Assembly: GCA_027923505.1 (NCBI GenBank)
Contig: BROI01000008.1
Coordinates: 248,001 to 312,000 of the forward strand
Reading direction: 5' to 3'
DNA length: 64,000 nt
Origin: Mayamaea pseudoterrestris
Lineage: Eukaryota
In this document: positions 34,855 to 46,171 of the stretch, piece after piece
Layout: each line of letters opens with the position of its first letter
Position numbering within the stretch: the stretch's first letter is position 1
Position numbers and translations under genes: made by a program
The notes under the pieces: model-generated
Seen by the model: the letters and a program-made list of their open reading frames with translations, nothing else
What the model was told of the DNA's origin: nothing
Database searches by the model: none

Positions 34855-36114
34855 TCAACGAGGAACCATGCAGTATCTAAATATCAACCGACGGGTGATA
34901 CTCTCAATAATCTGGTCGTTTAGAACTAGTGGAGTCTTTTTGAGATCTGGTACTGTCTCAAGCGTTGCAAGTATACCGCTCCTTGGCGCGAGCAACGTAG
35001 CAGCACCTGATGATCCTTTGGCAACCGCCAAATGAGATTCTAGGCATTCAAGCACATCGTCCCAGCGACATAGAAGCGTCTCATCCGTTGTCGCGTCCTT
35101 TTGCTGCACCTGCTTCTTGACAATTAAATGGGAAGCGGCCGTTACCAAAAGAAAGTGGAGTAGGTTGTTGCATTGATTCGTTAATTCCTTCAGTAACGTC
35201 TCCTCGATGACCTCCTGCTGCCTTTTTCGAATTAAAGTCCAGGAGCAGCCCAGCAATTTGTCGTCCCTTGACCCATAGAAATGAGCATCGACTTGGTGCG
35301 CCGTTGCCATATGTAGTTGGCACGAGGGACAATCGAAAGTAGGCGAACTGAAAGCGGCATCGGCAAATGGTTTAAGTCCAACTCCGAGACGCTTACTCAA
35401 TTCTATTGCGCCTTGACGAGTAGCAACAGCAGCAATGCCTCTCGTTGCAATACCACTGTCAATGTTACTTGAATTATTCGCAAGAGAGGCATCAGCAGTC
35501 CCAGCTATTGAGTCACCTGCAACGCACACAAGGTTTGTAGTCGAAGCTGCGTGCACAGCTCGCTCCCAGCATCGCAGCAACATGGCACGAGGAACGTTAT
35601 TCCGCTCGATCAACTTGTATTCGGGCGATCCAATTACAAGTGTAGAGCTTGCAACTGCAGCACCATCGTCGTCAGTTCTGGGCCCACCATCAATGAGCGC
35701 AAGTCGATGCTTGGCGAACTCTATAGCGTCAATGTTATCGCCAACCTCTATATTCCAAGCTGTATCGTCACAAATAAAAAGTCCTCCTTCTTCTTCGGCT
35801 GCTGACTTTGTCCGCTTGGGCCATGGCTGCGGCTCGTTTCGGCCATTCGTTCCATATATTCGTATGCTTTGCGGGTGGAGTGTCGGTGGTGGCGGTGGAG
35901 GTTTCGTACCATCCTTCTTCGGACGTCCGCGCTTTCTTGGTACATTAGGGACTATTCGTCGACGATTCCATTCCTGAACTCGCATTTGCTCGTGCCGATG
36001 ATGGTTTCCAGCGACCAGCAAGTGTTCTAAAACATCCATCAACTCTCCTCGCTCCGTTTCGAAATGACGCCGTTGCGCTGCTTTCGACATCTTCTTCTCA
36101 TTTGACAACTCCAT
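34855..36114 (-). CDS. Hypothetical protein with AT-hook and putative Zn-finger
   Basis: RKRGRPKK AT-hook; CPSC...H motif. The ORF extends upstream to 36255; the start is placed at MELSNEK. Confidence 0.7.
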   Translation of the reverse strand: MELSNEKKMSKAAQRRHFETERGELMDVLEHLLVAGNHHRHEQMRVQEWNRRRIVPNVPRKRGRPKKDGTKPPPPPPTLHPQSIRIYGTNGRNEPQPWPKRTKSAAEEEGGLFICDDTAWNIEVGDNIDAIEFAKHRLALIDGGPRTDDDGAAVASSTLVIGSPEYKLIERNNVPRAMLLRCWERAVHAASTTNLVCVAGDSIAGTADASLANNSSNIDSGIATRGIAAVATRQGAIELSKRLGVGLKPFADAAFSSPTFDCPSCQLHMATAHQVDAHFYGSRDDKLLGCSWTLIRKRQQEVIEETLLKELTNQCNNLLHFLLVTAASHLIVKKQVQQKDATTDETLLCRWDDVLECLESHLAVAKGSSGAATLLAPRSGILATLETVPDLKKTPLVLNDQIIESITRRLIFRYCMVPR

Positions 36115-36465
36115 ACTAGATTTCGAAGTCAATGGGCGAGCAGCTTTCTGGATGCAGGCAACATAAACAAAAGAATCAAAACAAGTGAACTTCGAAACGA
36201 GAAACGTGTTTGCCCGCGGCGACAAATTTTTGTGACGCTGCGACATAAAACGCATTTAATTGCCAGGAGGTTTTACGATGTTCTACCGGTAGTCGTACAT
36301 TGTATCATAATATACGAGAATTGTGATGGTAATTCCAGAATAATGATTTCCTAGTTATACAGTAGCATGATCATAAACTGCGAGTGATACGCAAGTGAGA
36401 CGTGGAGCAAGACAGCACATCCGTAAACGAGTTTCCATCTTTTGTGATGCGCCGGGTAAGTTAGG

Positions 36466-39400
36466 TCACTTTTTAAAGCTGCTGTCAGTGCTTAGTGACA
36501 AACGCTGCAATAACTTTTTTGTGACTCGTTGTCCACGCTCTGCCTTGGCCGCGAAAATCTGGCTGGAAAGAATTTTTAGCGCAAGATCTGCGACCTTCTG
36601 ATCTTCAAACCAGACGTCCAAAGAGCTAGAAAACGGCGTAGATCTTTTGAATGGACCACAAAGCTCGTCTTCTGGAATATTATCGAAGTGGAACAGCAAT
36701 GGGGGTGTCTTCTCAAACCAGGAACAAGAAAGCACCATTCGCCGCGCTGGCGAATCGTTTTCGAAAGAACAAGCATCAGCCTTTACGGACAAACGTTCAA
36801 GCTCGCACACAGAAACGATGACACCTCGTGCAGCGTTAGATTCATCTGGTCGTGGATGCACAATAATAAGGCATCCTTCCGTGAACCCAAGGTAGAGCGA
36901 CTGCCATGTAACTCCTTCAGCGACCACGCCTCCATCGCCCGCTGCAAACAAGCCAGCAAACGCGTCTGCAATTTCAGACACGCACGTGACAAACGGAATT
37001 GTGCCGAGAATGACAGTTGATCCTTCTTCCGGCAACTTGAACTCCGTATTCTGATAAAGAAGTGATCCGATCGGACCAGACAGGGGACCGCAAATGCATT
37101 TGTTCGAATTACCAAGCGGAACTGTGACATTCATCAAGCTGCTATCGGATGATAACGCCACATTGGCCGACGGGTTGAAATCAGTAATTATACACTCAGA
37201 TGCTTGTATATTTCTCATGCAATTCAAAAGCGCATTTCCCTTAAGCAGCACTTCTAACCCAGTACGTGCGAGTAATACCTCTTCCCTTATGGAAAATATT
37301 TCTCTATCCGCAGACAATCGATCTACCACATGACGTCCAATGCGAGTGTAAAACAGGTGGAAGTCGCTATCGCAGGCAATTGGAAGACAATGAACAGGTT
37401 CATCATTCATTGTTGAATAGCAAAGCAAGCCGTGCGCTACTGGCGCTGTATCCTCGCCATCTATAGCATCGTACAGTACTAGGTTCCTCATTGCTCCAGT
37501 TATGAGATCTTCATAATCAGGTAAATTGATGGAGGGCATTCCAGCCATCCGTATTTCAGATCCACCCATAGGACTGTTAGATTCAAATGTAAACGACGCC
37601 ATCAACGCAGCGGCTTGCGCGATCAGACGTTCCAAAGTATCACAAGCGGCAGAAAGGCTAAAGTGACTAGTCCGATAACAGCACAAAAGCGCATGGGCTG
37701 CTACCTCATCATACCTCAACTTCCATCCGTTTCGGCTCTGTGGCATTTTCGTAGCGGCAATGGTCGACCGAATTAGTATATTTACAACGGTGGTGTGATC
37801 GTCCACTTCCTGTCCAAAACCGAAAAGGGTTTCTGATATAAGCCTGCTGTCGATAGCGGAAAGAGCGGCATCCAAGACACCGAGCGCTAATTCTCTTACT
37901 TCGGCAAGCGGGTCCGAAACATGTAAGAACGCAAATAGAGCCAAGCGATACGGGTTAAAGTCGGAGACAGCATGTGTGCATGTAGTCTCGCTGTTAAGCT
38001 CCAAAACGTCAGCTAAAGCAGGTGCCAAGACGAAAACAGATGCATCGACATCTTTGACGTCCCGTGGATCCAATGCCTGCCTTTTATCATCACCCGGCTT
38101 TTCGCGACCAAAGGCGTAAGAAGACTTATCACTTGGCTCTCCAACTGCTCGAATATCCAATCGTATAGCATTCTTCCCGTTCTCAAGTGTCGACCTTTCC
38201 AATCGGCTTCGTATAGTTGGCAATGTTGACGTGTCCGGTGACAGCGGATGCAGCAAGGCCGTGAACACAAGCTTCAGAAAAGGCATGTTGGTAATCGTAT
38301 GAAACAAAGCACCAAGTGTCATTAACGCCGTTATTGCTGGTCCGGCGAGTTTTGTTGTATCGGTCGGCGACTTAACAGTATCTGCTTCTCGCCCATCGAT
38401 CGGATAGATAATCAGAATGTTCTCAAAAGCATCTTGCTTGATACTACTTAAGCGCTGCGCATATAGATGGAGAGGTTGTAACAACAATGGATAAACAAAC
38501 GTGGCTAACAGCATCTCGATGAGCTGCTCATTGAGAATAGTCAAGCCCACGGAAAAGACGTCGTTAAGCAAGTGAAGTTCGTCGAGTAGATCAGCAGCTC
38601 GTTGCTTCAGTGTGCGAGTCAACCTTTCGACATTGGCAATCTCATGTGCTCGTCTCATCTCGGTATTCGCCCTTGCGGCACTGAGTGCTTCGTCATCAAC
38701 ATTATAATTAAAACTTTTGCAGTATACATCGAACTCACGAACTTGCTCATCCAGTGCAGCCCACTTTTCGGCAAGCTTGCTACAAATTGGCGACATAAGC
38801 AACTCAACCCGACTTGGTAAGCACGTAAAGAGCGCGATTGCGAGGCGTTCTCGGAGAGGGAGCGGTTTGCTGTCGTGGAGAACACCACTAGGTGATTTCG
38901 TATCTTGATCAAATTCATTATTGTCGCTATCGTCTACAGAGGCGACGGATGCGAGCCGTAGCGTGTTAAGACATATGTTTAACGCCGTCGTCCGAACAAA
39001 GGACTCCTGGCTAGCATCACAAAACTCGAGCGCCCGCTCGTACAGTAAAAACTCAACACACACTGACCCCTTCACATTGTTTCCGTCATCCGGCGTGATC
39101 GCATCTTCATTTTGCAGATTGTCGTGTCCAGACTGCTCCTCTGATAAATACGGCGGTGGGTACTTTAAAAAGAATTGTAACGTCTCTGCGTTCATACGCA
39201 TTGCCAGTGATTTGAGGAAAGTAACAAAATGCGTTACAAGCTCCGCCAGCTCTGAATTCGTCTCAGCAGAAACTTCAACGCCAAGTTCATGACCTTGTGA
39301 GACCGTGTATGCATCCAATGGCAAGTCAATCAAGTCATTGATGCGATTGTTGGACAAAATGATGAACAGAGACGTAGCTCGCGAAACATTTTGTATCAAA

Positions 39401-40662
39401 ATCGAAACAGACTGCAAACCTTGCCTTGCAATTTCGATAGGCGGAAGCATGAGAGGTTCGTCCACTAGCTCAACACCAGTGTTTGCTTGACGCTGGGGAT
39501 TCTGAATCGCCGGCAAGCTCGGCTTGCGAATCGTACCATTCTCTGCTTGCTCTGTGTCGTCGACGATAAAGTTAATTTTTACCGTCGTCACAGCGTCCTT
39601 TGTGTCAGGGGTGGCTAGCTTACTGTGTTCAGTCGCTTCTGTTCTATGTACCTCCGACGACTCTTCTTCGTTGTCTATTGCCATTGGTTGATCACCGTCA
39701 ACATTATGTATTGTGCTCTGAATTGTCTTTTCGTCCAATTGCATCGGATCGCCTTCCGTTGGCACTACTCCAATACTTGCTTCGGATGCCATTTCTACAT
39801 CATCCATACAAACTTTAACACGCTCGTCTTTGTCAATGATCTTGTCATGTGCCTTGTTGTCTTCATTTTCCGCCGACTCTTGTGGCTCGTCGACATGTAT
39901 TTTACTAGCTCGCTCCTTAGCTTCGTCTAGCGTCAGTTCAAAAGCTGCACCGGTCAGTAGGCTAATTATGGTATCAAGTACTTGTCTCTCAAAGAACAAA
40001 TCAAACAATTGCATATAATCCTTTGTCTTTGGATCATTTCGAATAATATCCAAGTCTTTGTCTTCGGCGTCGTCGTTCTCCTCACCCATCAAATCGTCCA
40101 GCACATCTCGATTCTTCCACTTGTCTCGAAAGCGCTCCAACTTGGCGCGCTCCTTATTTTGAAGACTTGTCATGTAATTTTCGCCTGTGACGACGAGTTC
40201 AGCAATGCGACGGAGATGTTCAACAACTGGATCAATGGGTAATGGCATAAATTCAGCCCGTCGAGTCTGCTTGAATCTACTCGTTCGGCGAGGACTGGAT
40301 GCGCTGGATGCGTGAGATGTTGGTATCTTCACTCTCGTTGTCGAAGCATTTGTTTGGTCGTCTTGTTGCTCAATTGCAGCATTGATTGTGTTATCAGTCG
40401 GCTGGTCGGAATGGTCATACTGCTGCTTGTCGTTCCTTTTGAGAGGAATCCGTCGCGAGAAGAAGTTCCGCAAGCTCGCTCTCGGTGAAGTATCAAGTTG
40501 TCGCGGAGTCATCATCCTTTGCACATGCTCCCTTCTCGCGTCGAATATGATGTGTTCTAGCTCGTCGACGAGGTAATGGAACTCGTCAATGGGTGAATCG
40601 AACGTCGTCGGTGGGATTCTGTTTGTGTTTCTCTTGGGTGGGTTGGAGCGAAAGCGAGCCAT
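36466..40662 (-). CDS. CLEC16A/TT9-family (FPL domain) protein
   Basis: LRRIAELVV, QSVSILIQNV...ILSNNRINDLI, FVTFLKSLAMRMNAETLQFF, ESFVRTTALNICLN. Confidence 0.85.
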   Translation of the reverse strand: MARFRSNPPKRNTNRIPPTTFDSPIDEFHYLVDELEHIIFDARREHVQRMMTPRQLDTSPRASLRNFFSRRIPLKRNDKQQYDHSDQPTDNTINAAIEQQDDQTNASTTRVKIPTSHASSASSPRRTSRFKQTRRAEFMPLPIDPVVEHLRRIAELVVTGENYMTSLQNKERAKLERFRDKWKNRDVLDDLMGEENDDAEDKDLDIIRNDPKTKDYMQLFDLFFERQVLDTIISLLTGAAFELTLDEAKERASKIHVDEPQESAENEDNKAHDKIIDKDERVKVCMDDVEMASEASIGVVPTEGDPMQLDEKTIQSTIHNVDGDQPMAIDNEEESSEVHRTEATEHSKLATPDTKDAVTTVKINFIVDDTEQAENGTIRKPSLPAIQNPQRQANTGVELVDEPLMLPPIEIARQGLQSVSILIQNVSRATSLFIILSNNRINDLIDLPLDAYTVSQGHELGVEVSAETNSELAELVTHFVTFLKSLAMRMNAETLQFFLKYPPPYLSEEQSGHDNLQNEDAITPDDGNNVKGSVCVEFLLYERALEFCDASQESFVRTTALNICLNTLRLASVASVDDSDNNEFDQDTKSPSGVLHDSKPLPLRERLAIALFTCLPSRVELLMSPICSKLAEKWAALDEQVREFDVYCKSFNYNVDDEALSAARANTEMRRAHEIANVERLTRTLKQRAADLLDELHLLNDVFSVGLTILNEQLIEMLLATFVYPLLLQPLHLYAQRLSSIKQDAFENILIIYPIDGREADTVKSPTDTTKLAGPAITALMTLGALFHTITNMPFLKLVFTALLHPLSPDTSTLPTIRSRLERSTLENGKNAIRLDIRAVGEPSDKSSYAFGREKPGDDKRQALDPRDVKDVDASVFVLAPALADVLELNSETTCTHAVSDFNPYRLALFAFLHVSDPLAEVRELALGVLDAALSAIDSRLISETLFGFGQEVDDHTTVVNILIRSTIAATKMPQSRNGWKLRYDEVAAHALLCCYRTSHFSLSAACDTLERLIAQAAALMASFTFESNSPMGGSEIRMAGMPSINLPDYEDLITGAMRNLVLYDAIDGEDTAPVAHGLLCYSTMNDEPVHCLPIACDSDFHLFYTRIGRHVVDRLSADREIFSIREEVLLARTGLEVLLKGNALLNCMRNIQASECIITDFNPSANVALSSDSSLMNVTVPLGNSNKCICGPLSGPIGSLLYQNTEFKLPEEGSTVILGTIPFVTCVSEIADAFAGLFAAGDGGVVAEGVTWQSLYLGFTEGCLIIVHPRPDESNAARGVIVSVCELERLSVKADACSFENDSPARRMVLSCSWFEKTPPLLFHFDNIPEDELCGPFKRSTPFSSSLDVWFEDQKVADLALKILSSQIFAAKAERGQRVTKKLLQRLSLSTDSSFKK

Positions 40663-40956
40663 GGTAACTTCTTACACCTCTTATGTACTATTACTATACG
40701 TATATCAATCAATGATTCGTCTCACTATCAGTATCGTAAGACGGTTACTTGCTAGTCATGTTTTGCTCGCGATTCGCCGTCGCGTTGCATCTGTGAATAA
40801 CCAGTGCGACAGAAGATGAAAAGTCTATACCGATAAGACATGTATATTGGTTTTGACGCGATCGAGGCCATCGTCTTCGTCCAAGGAATCCAAGAAATGA
40901 ACCTGCAAACAGCCTTTTGACTGAAATAGAGAAATGCCGCCGTTTCAAGACCAATA

Positions 40957-42921
40957 ATGAAGATCAGAGGCAGATTTCTGGTCAAAGGCGACAAGCGCAA
41001 CGCAGAAGCAAATAACGAAGCCTCATCATTATTTCGCATTCTCGCATCAGACACATCCCTGTCCTTCTGGGGAGGTATTGATCCAGTGACTGCCATTATT
41101 GTCGATCAGACACATCCATTGGTCGGTGAATGTGTCACAGACACCATATTATGCCTTCCATCAGGTAGAGGATCATGCACAGCCTCACAAGTCCTGCTTG
41201 AGCTCATTCTAAACGACTTGGCACCACGAGCAATTGTCCTTCGAGACGTTGATGGATTGGCTTGCGTCGGAGCACTCATTGCGCAGGAAATATTCAATAA
41301 ACGAAACATGGATATAATTGTTATTGGTGTGCAAGGCTATGAGCTGCTGCTGCAGAGCGGAGCTGCTATTGGAGGCATTCTATCTAATGGAACTTTATCG
41401 TTGGGTGGAAATGAGGCAGCGGAGCACTCTAAGGAAACGTTAACGGAGGATGTGCCGATTCATCAAGATGTATATGGCAGCATTAATGTAAAATACAATA
41501 AACAGGAGACACAATTACTACAACGCTGCCATAATGATGCCGAACGAATGGCTCTCAGAGTCATATTTCAATACGCGCATCTTCTAAATTCTGGCAGTGA
41601 CCAGAGACAACAACTAGTCTCATACTTGAACATTGAAAACGCCCATATTGATGGATGTACCTACATTGGACCCGGAGGGCTCGAGTTCGTCCGTCGACTG
41701 GTGCAAGCTGGTGGAAAGGTGTGTGTTCCAACGACACTCAACGCTGTATCGACCGATCGTCGTCGTTGGCAGGCACTTCAAGTCCCAGCAGAACGAGCCA
41801 TGGCGTCCATTGCCCTAGGCGATGCCTATTTGGAGCTTGGATGTCAGCCAAGCTTTACCTGCGCGCCATATTTGCTGCCAAATACACCGACATTGGGTCA
41901 ACACATTGCGTGGGGCGAGAGCAACGCTGTTGTGTACGCCAACTCAGTGCTGGGAGCGCGCACAGAGAAACTGGCCGATTATCTGGACATTTGTTGCGCC
42001 ATTGCTGGAATTGTTCCAGCGGTTGGAGTCCACCTACCTAAAAATCGTCGACCGCAGGTCTTGCTGGATGCAAGGCAGGTATTGGCCAAGTTGGTCGGAG
42101 ATGGTCACGTCCAAAACTTTGATTTGCTGTTTCCGATCCTCGGTCATTTATGCGGATCGCTATCTGACGGCAAGGTTCCACTTTTGACGGGACTCGAACC
42201 TTTAAAAGACCGTGTAACTGTGGATCACATGAAAGCGTTATGTGCAGCCTATGGTACCACTGGCTCATCACCGCTCATTCATGTCGCTGGCGTGACACCT
42301 GAAGCGTGCGACCCTGCAACAATCGATGAGCTAAAAAATGCGTGTACCATATTTTATACGGTCACCGAACGAGATGTATTCAATACGTTTCAAACACTTG
42401 ACTCGCATACCGGAATAGATGAGGACATTCAACTAATTGCATTAGGCAATCCGCACCTTTCTATTGCGGAATGTGCGACACTTGCCAATCTCATTAGCGC
42501 GCATGGCGACACGAAACACTCTAGCGTTCGCGTCGTTGCATGCCTATCGCGGTCAGTGTATGAGCAAGCACAAGTTATGGGGTATGTATCTGTCATGGCG
42601 ACTTTTGGTGTCGAATTCATTAATGATACTTGCTGGTGCATGTTATTGGACGCGCCGCTGATACCAGCGGATACAAACGCCAAAATCCTCTGCAATAGCG
42701 GTAAGTATGCTCACTATGGACCGGGCTTGACCAACAGGGCCTTTCGATTTGGAAGCATGAGTGACTGCATTCAAACAGCAAGAAGTGGATCGTACGTTAA
42801 GCATTCGCTTCGCACACGGAATGCTACAAACGTAGGGTTAACGTTGTTCCCAAGAGTACAAAAACGAAGCGTCGTGTCGCGCGCCTTTCCGTACCTGAAC
42901 AGGTTTCTTTTACGGAGATAA
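40957..42921 (+). CDS. Aconitase X, fused type (swivel + catalytic domain); cis-3-hydroxy-L-proline dehydratase-like
   Basis: LSFWGGIDP, HPLVG, PSGRGSCTAS, AHIDGC, SFTCAPY, WGESNAVVYANSVLGART, LGNPH, DTCWCM, NSGKYAHY. Intronless. Confidence 0.9.
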   Translation: MKIRGRFLVKGDKRNAEANNEASSLFRILASDTSLSFWGGIDPVTAIIVDQTHPLVGECVTDTILCLPSGRGSCTASQVLLELILNDLAPRAIVLRDVDGLACVGALIAQEIFNKRNMDIIVIGVQGYELLLQSGAAIGGILSNGTLSLGGNEAAEHSKETLTEDVPIHQDVYGSINVKYNKQETQLLQRCHNDAERMALRVIFQYAHLLNSGSDQRQQLVSYLNIENAHIDGCTYIGPGGLEFVRRLVQAGGKVCVPTTLNAVSTDRRRWQALQVPAERAMASIALGDAYLELGCQPSFTCAPYLLPNTPTLGQHIAWGESNAVVYANSVLGARTEKLADYLDICCAIAGIVPAVGVHLPKNRRPQVLLDARQVLAKLVGDGHVQNFDLLFPILGHLCGSLSDGKVPLLTGLEPLKDRVTVDHMKALCAAYGTTGSSPLIHVAGVTPEACDPATIDELKNACTIFYTVTERDVFNTFQTLDSHTGIDEDIQLIALGNPHLSIAECATLANLISAHGDTKHSSVRVVACLSRSVYEQAQVMGYVSVMATFGVEFINDTCWCMLLDAPLIPADTNAKILCNSGKYAHYGPGLTNRAFRFGSMSDCIQTARSGSYVKHSLRTRNATNVGLTLFPRVQKRSVVSRAFPYLNRFLLRR

Positions 42922-43068
42922 CATTTACTAAGCTCAAACGCTTATCAAGTTATTAGGTAACATTATCTATACTAATTCATCCCCCTGCACCCAATACCTT
43001 CAGGCCTCATTGCTGTTTCTTGTCGAAATGCTTTGCATGCAACATCCAAAAAATATAACAGAGCATTA

Positions 43069-44463
43069 TTAAGATGCCCAAGGAGCCGACAGTTCTCGCT
43101 GCATCTTTCCGTCTCGTCCTGCGATAAGGACCTTGTCTCCCACGACGCGAGCATCCGGGATGCGGAACGTCCACAATCGTCTAACTCTTTCATCCTTGTC
43201 CAGGGCGAACGCCGATAGCTTGTTGTTGATCCAATCCCAGTGCATCCGCGAGCGAGTCCTATCACCACACAGAGCAAACCATTCTTGCTTCTTGCCCTCT
43301 GGTGCCCACCAAGGAGCATCAAACGTGAAGGAGTTGCCCGGCATGGTAAACCCATTCGGTACTGGCCCGCAAAAATTATCGCGCCCAGTCTCAACTGCAT
43401 TCTCCATTAAGACCGTGGCATGCGCCACAAATCGATCGCGAATTTCATAAGGCTTGACATGGCCAGTGGCCACGCCACCCGCCAGCGTGGCAAGGCAAAT
43501 TGAAACAAACGTTCCCTTCCTATATTTTCGAATGGTCGAATCGTACTGTACTTCCATTTCTTCCAGAGCATCCTTTAACTTTTGACCACTGTAGAGCTCC
43601 GTGTTGTAGGACTCGCGAAGAGTCTGGAGCTGCGCCATGTATTTGGCGACTTGGGCGTCCATCTTGGCTTTTTGCGCCAGTTTAAAAACTTCATGCTCTT
43701 TCTTAGCAGTCTCGCATTCTGCTCTGGCCTTCTCCTCTGCCTTTTTAATCTCGGCCAAAGTCTCGGAAGTCTTTTTCAATGAACAGTTTAGCTGCAAAAT
43801 TAAAGTTGAGAAGTGTAAATGTGAGAGACAGAGACATGGCAATTCTTGGTTACAGCAGCAGATCTTCGAAAAACTTACATCGCGAATCTGATTGTCCTTC
43901 ATTTCGCCCTCCTTGACGCGTTTGCAAAGCTCTTTAGCTAGCTTTTCCAATGTCTTTTCCTTTTTGCGACGGATGAATCTTTCGCCTGTAACGTCAATGA
44001 GAGACTTCGCCAAACGTTCGCGCATCTGTTCCAAAAGCACCAACAATTCGTCATTTGACAGCTTCTGTAGCTCATCCTTGGGTGGAAGCAAATCATCTCT
44101 TTTAACACCCATATTGACGAATTGAACCGGCTTTCCTCCTTCCCCGCACATCGAATTGTCCGACGAATCGTCGTCGTCTTGCTCTTCTGTAGCACCTCCA
44201 CGTTTCGTCGCATCACGATGATCACGATCCTCTTGTTCACTGCTCACATCCGACACTGGAGCACCGACCGAATGCTCGTCATTGTTTTCGAACGACGACT
44301 CGTTCACGACAGTTGAAGTTTCCGTATCGTAGGTTTCATCGTCGCCGTGCTTCTTTTCCATTTTAAAATCAGGCCCAAGTTCCTCCAAGCGACGAAGCAT
44401 GGCATCAACATCTTGCGCACATCGAGCCTCAAACCAGGTTGATGATGTTGACTCGACGATCAT
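43069..44463 (-). CDS. Coiled-coil protein with a C-proximal TM helix
   Basis: Acidic N-terminus, coiled coil, TM segment GTFVSICLATLAGGVA. Probable in-frame 87-nt intron at 43792-43878 (GTAAGT...TTTTGCAG). Confidence 0.75.
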   Translation of the reverse strand: MIVESTSSTWFEARCAQDVDAMLRRLEELGPDFKMEKKHGDDETYDTETSTVVNESSFENNDEHSVGAPVSDVSSEQEDRDHRDATKRGGATEEQDDDDSSDNSMCGEGGKPVQFVNMGVKRDDLLPPKDELQKLSNDELLVLLEQMRERLAKSLIDVTGERFIRRKKEKTLEKLAKELCKRVKEGEMKDNQIRDVSFSKICCCNQELPCLCLSHLHFSTLILQLNCSLKKTSETLAEIKKAEEKARAECETAKKEHEVFKLAQKAKMDAQVAKYMAQLQTLRESYNTELYSGQKLKDALEEMEVQYDSTIRKYRKGTFVSICLATLAGGVATGHVKPYEIRDRFVAHATVLMENAVETGRDNFCGPVPNGFTMPGNSFTFDAPWWAPEGKKQEWFALCGDRTRSRMHWDWINNKLSAFALDKDERVRRLWTFRIPDARVVGDKVLIAGRDGKMQRELSAPWAS

Positions 44464-44824
44464 AGTTGTGTCTTTTGGCAATGTAGGTATAGACACGCCG
44501 GCGCACTAACAAGACAATCTGTTTTGCGAGGGAGGGAGACTCGCGCTGTCGGCGGTGATGGTGTGTTCGCCAAGCGGGGAGCAGAAGAAGCGAGGCTCTT
44601 TCGCGTGCCTCCTATTGCCACTTTTCATGATAATTGTGAGTCATTCGCTGCAACGTCAGTCAATTGATACGGATGACGTCATGAACAGGGTGACGTTCGC
44701 TGACAGGCATTAACCTGCAAAACCACTGCGATATGCGACAAGTTCCTGCCGACCACCGAGCTTCGCAGATTTATTTGGATCTCGTCCACTCGAGCTCCGC
44801 CGTACATACCAAGCAACTATCGTA

Positions 44825-46039
44825 ATGCCTCCAGCCAAGAGACAAATCCAAGTCGAAAATGAGGCGACACAAGACAAGAGAAGCAAGCCTCCACAGTACG
44901 GGCAGCAGGAATACTGGAACGTAAGATATCAAGCCGTCCTCCTCGATACAACAAAGAACAATTCGCCTCCTGACAACACCGAGGCTGTTGATGCACCCTT
45001 GCCGTACCACGAATGGTATTTTACATACGATGAGTTGAGACCCATTTTGTTACCACTTCTGTTTGGCGCTCAAAGTCATCTCCTTTTGGGCGATGGGAAC
45101 GAGGATGATGTAGAGCAAAAGGTATCAGGAACAGATGCTGCGTCGGAGTCGGAGAATATGGAGACTGAGAGGGATGGGCGTCAAACGACGGCTGGACCAG
45201 ACAATTTAACAAAGACAAGTGGAGTGGAAGAAGAATACAAAGAAGAAGGATTAGAGGATGAAGACAGCGATGCTTATTATGACGATTATGATGACGACGA
45301 AGATGAAGAGGAGTCAGCGACACGACCTGGGCTGGTTGGCAAAAGCCCAATTACCATTCTGGAGGTCGGTTGCGGCGACCGTCCGCTTGGAGCCGCTCTT
45401 GCGAATGAGCTTAAGACTCACCTACATGGCGAAAAATCTGACTTGCCGGTTTCGGCTGCTTCTTTTAAAAGTATTATCTGCTCCGACTACAGTCCAATTG
45501 TCATTGATGTGATGAGGAAGGAGCACATAACATCCTTTACAAACAGCAGCGTTCAAAGTAGAGACGAGAGTAAAACTATTTCTGTCGGCGGCATTCCTTT
45601 GCAATTTGAAGTTTTGGATGCAGCGGCACTTCCATATCCGTCCAACAGCATCAATCTGGTGCTCGAAAAGGGAACAATCGATGCTGTCTTGTCGGATGAA
45701 ACGAATGGCGAGAAGAACGCGATTCAAATCATGTCGGAATGCGCCAGGGTCGTTATGAAAGGAGGTTACATTCTTCTCGCTTCCCATCTTAACGCACATT
45801 TTCCTTCCGGTCTTTCGTGGCTCGAAACAATCATCTTTACCGGACTCAAGCAAGGAGATTCTTTATGCGAGTGGTCGATTGAAGTGCATGGCAAGGAAGA
45901 TGTTAATGGAGCGGACAATGTGAGCGACGATGGTGTTTCTATTGAAGCAACAGGGCCGGCTGTATATATTATTTCCAAGCATGCTTCCGCTGATGGGCCA
46001 CAGAAAGAAACCGTTCCTGTGCAATTTTTTGGTTACTAG
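44825..46039 (+). CDS. Class I SAM-dependent methyltransferase (EEF1AKMT4/METTL13-N-like)
   Basis: YGQQEYWNVRY, EWY, ILEVGCG, SDYSP, LEKGTIDAV. Confidence 0.85.
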   Translation: MPPAKRQIQVENEATQDKRSKPPQYGQQEYWNVRYQAVLLDTTKNNSPPDNTEAVDAPLPYHEWYFTYDELRPILLPLLFGAQSHLLLGDGNEDDVEQKVSGTDAASESENMETERDGRQTTAGPDNLTKTSGVEEEYKEEGLEDEDSDAYYDDYDDDEDEEESATRPGLVGKSPITILEVGCGDRPLGAALANELKTHLHGEKSDLPVSAASFKSIICSDYSPIVIDVMRKEHITSFTNSSVQSRDESKTISVGGIPLQFEVLDAAALPYPSNSINLVLEKGTIDAVLSDETNGEKNAIQIMSECARVVMKGGYILLASHLNAHFPSGLSWLETIIFTGLKQGDSLCEWSIEVHGKEDVNGADNVSDDGVSIEATGPAVYIISKHASADGPQKETVPVQFFGY

Positions 46040-46171
46040 AAGCAAACGTAACGATTACTCTTAATTTCGAATCACGCTTTTTATTGCTACTGAATCATAT
46101 CGATATTTATCGAAAAAGCAGCACTTGTTCTGTGCGGAGAATAGCGCGGCCTCAGCAAACACCACAAAGAT

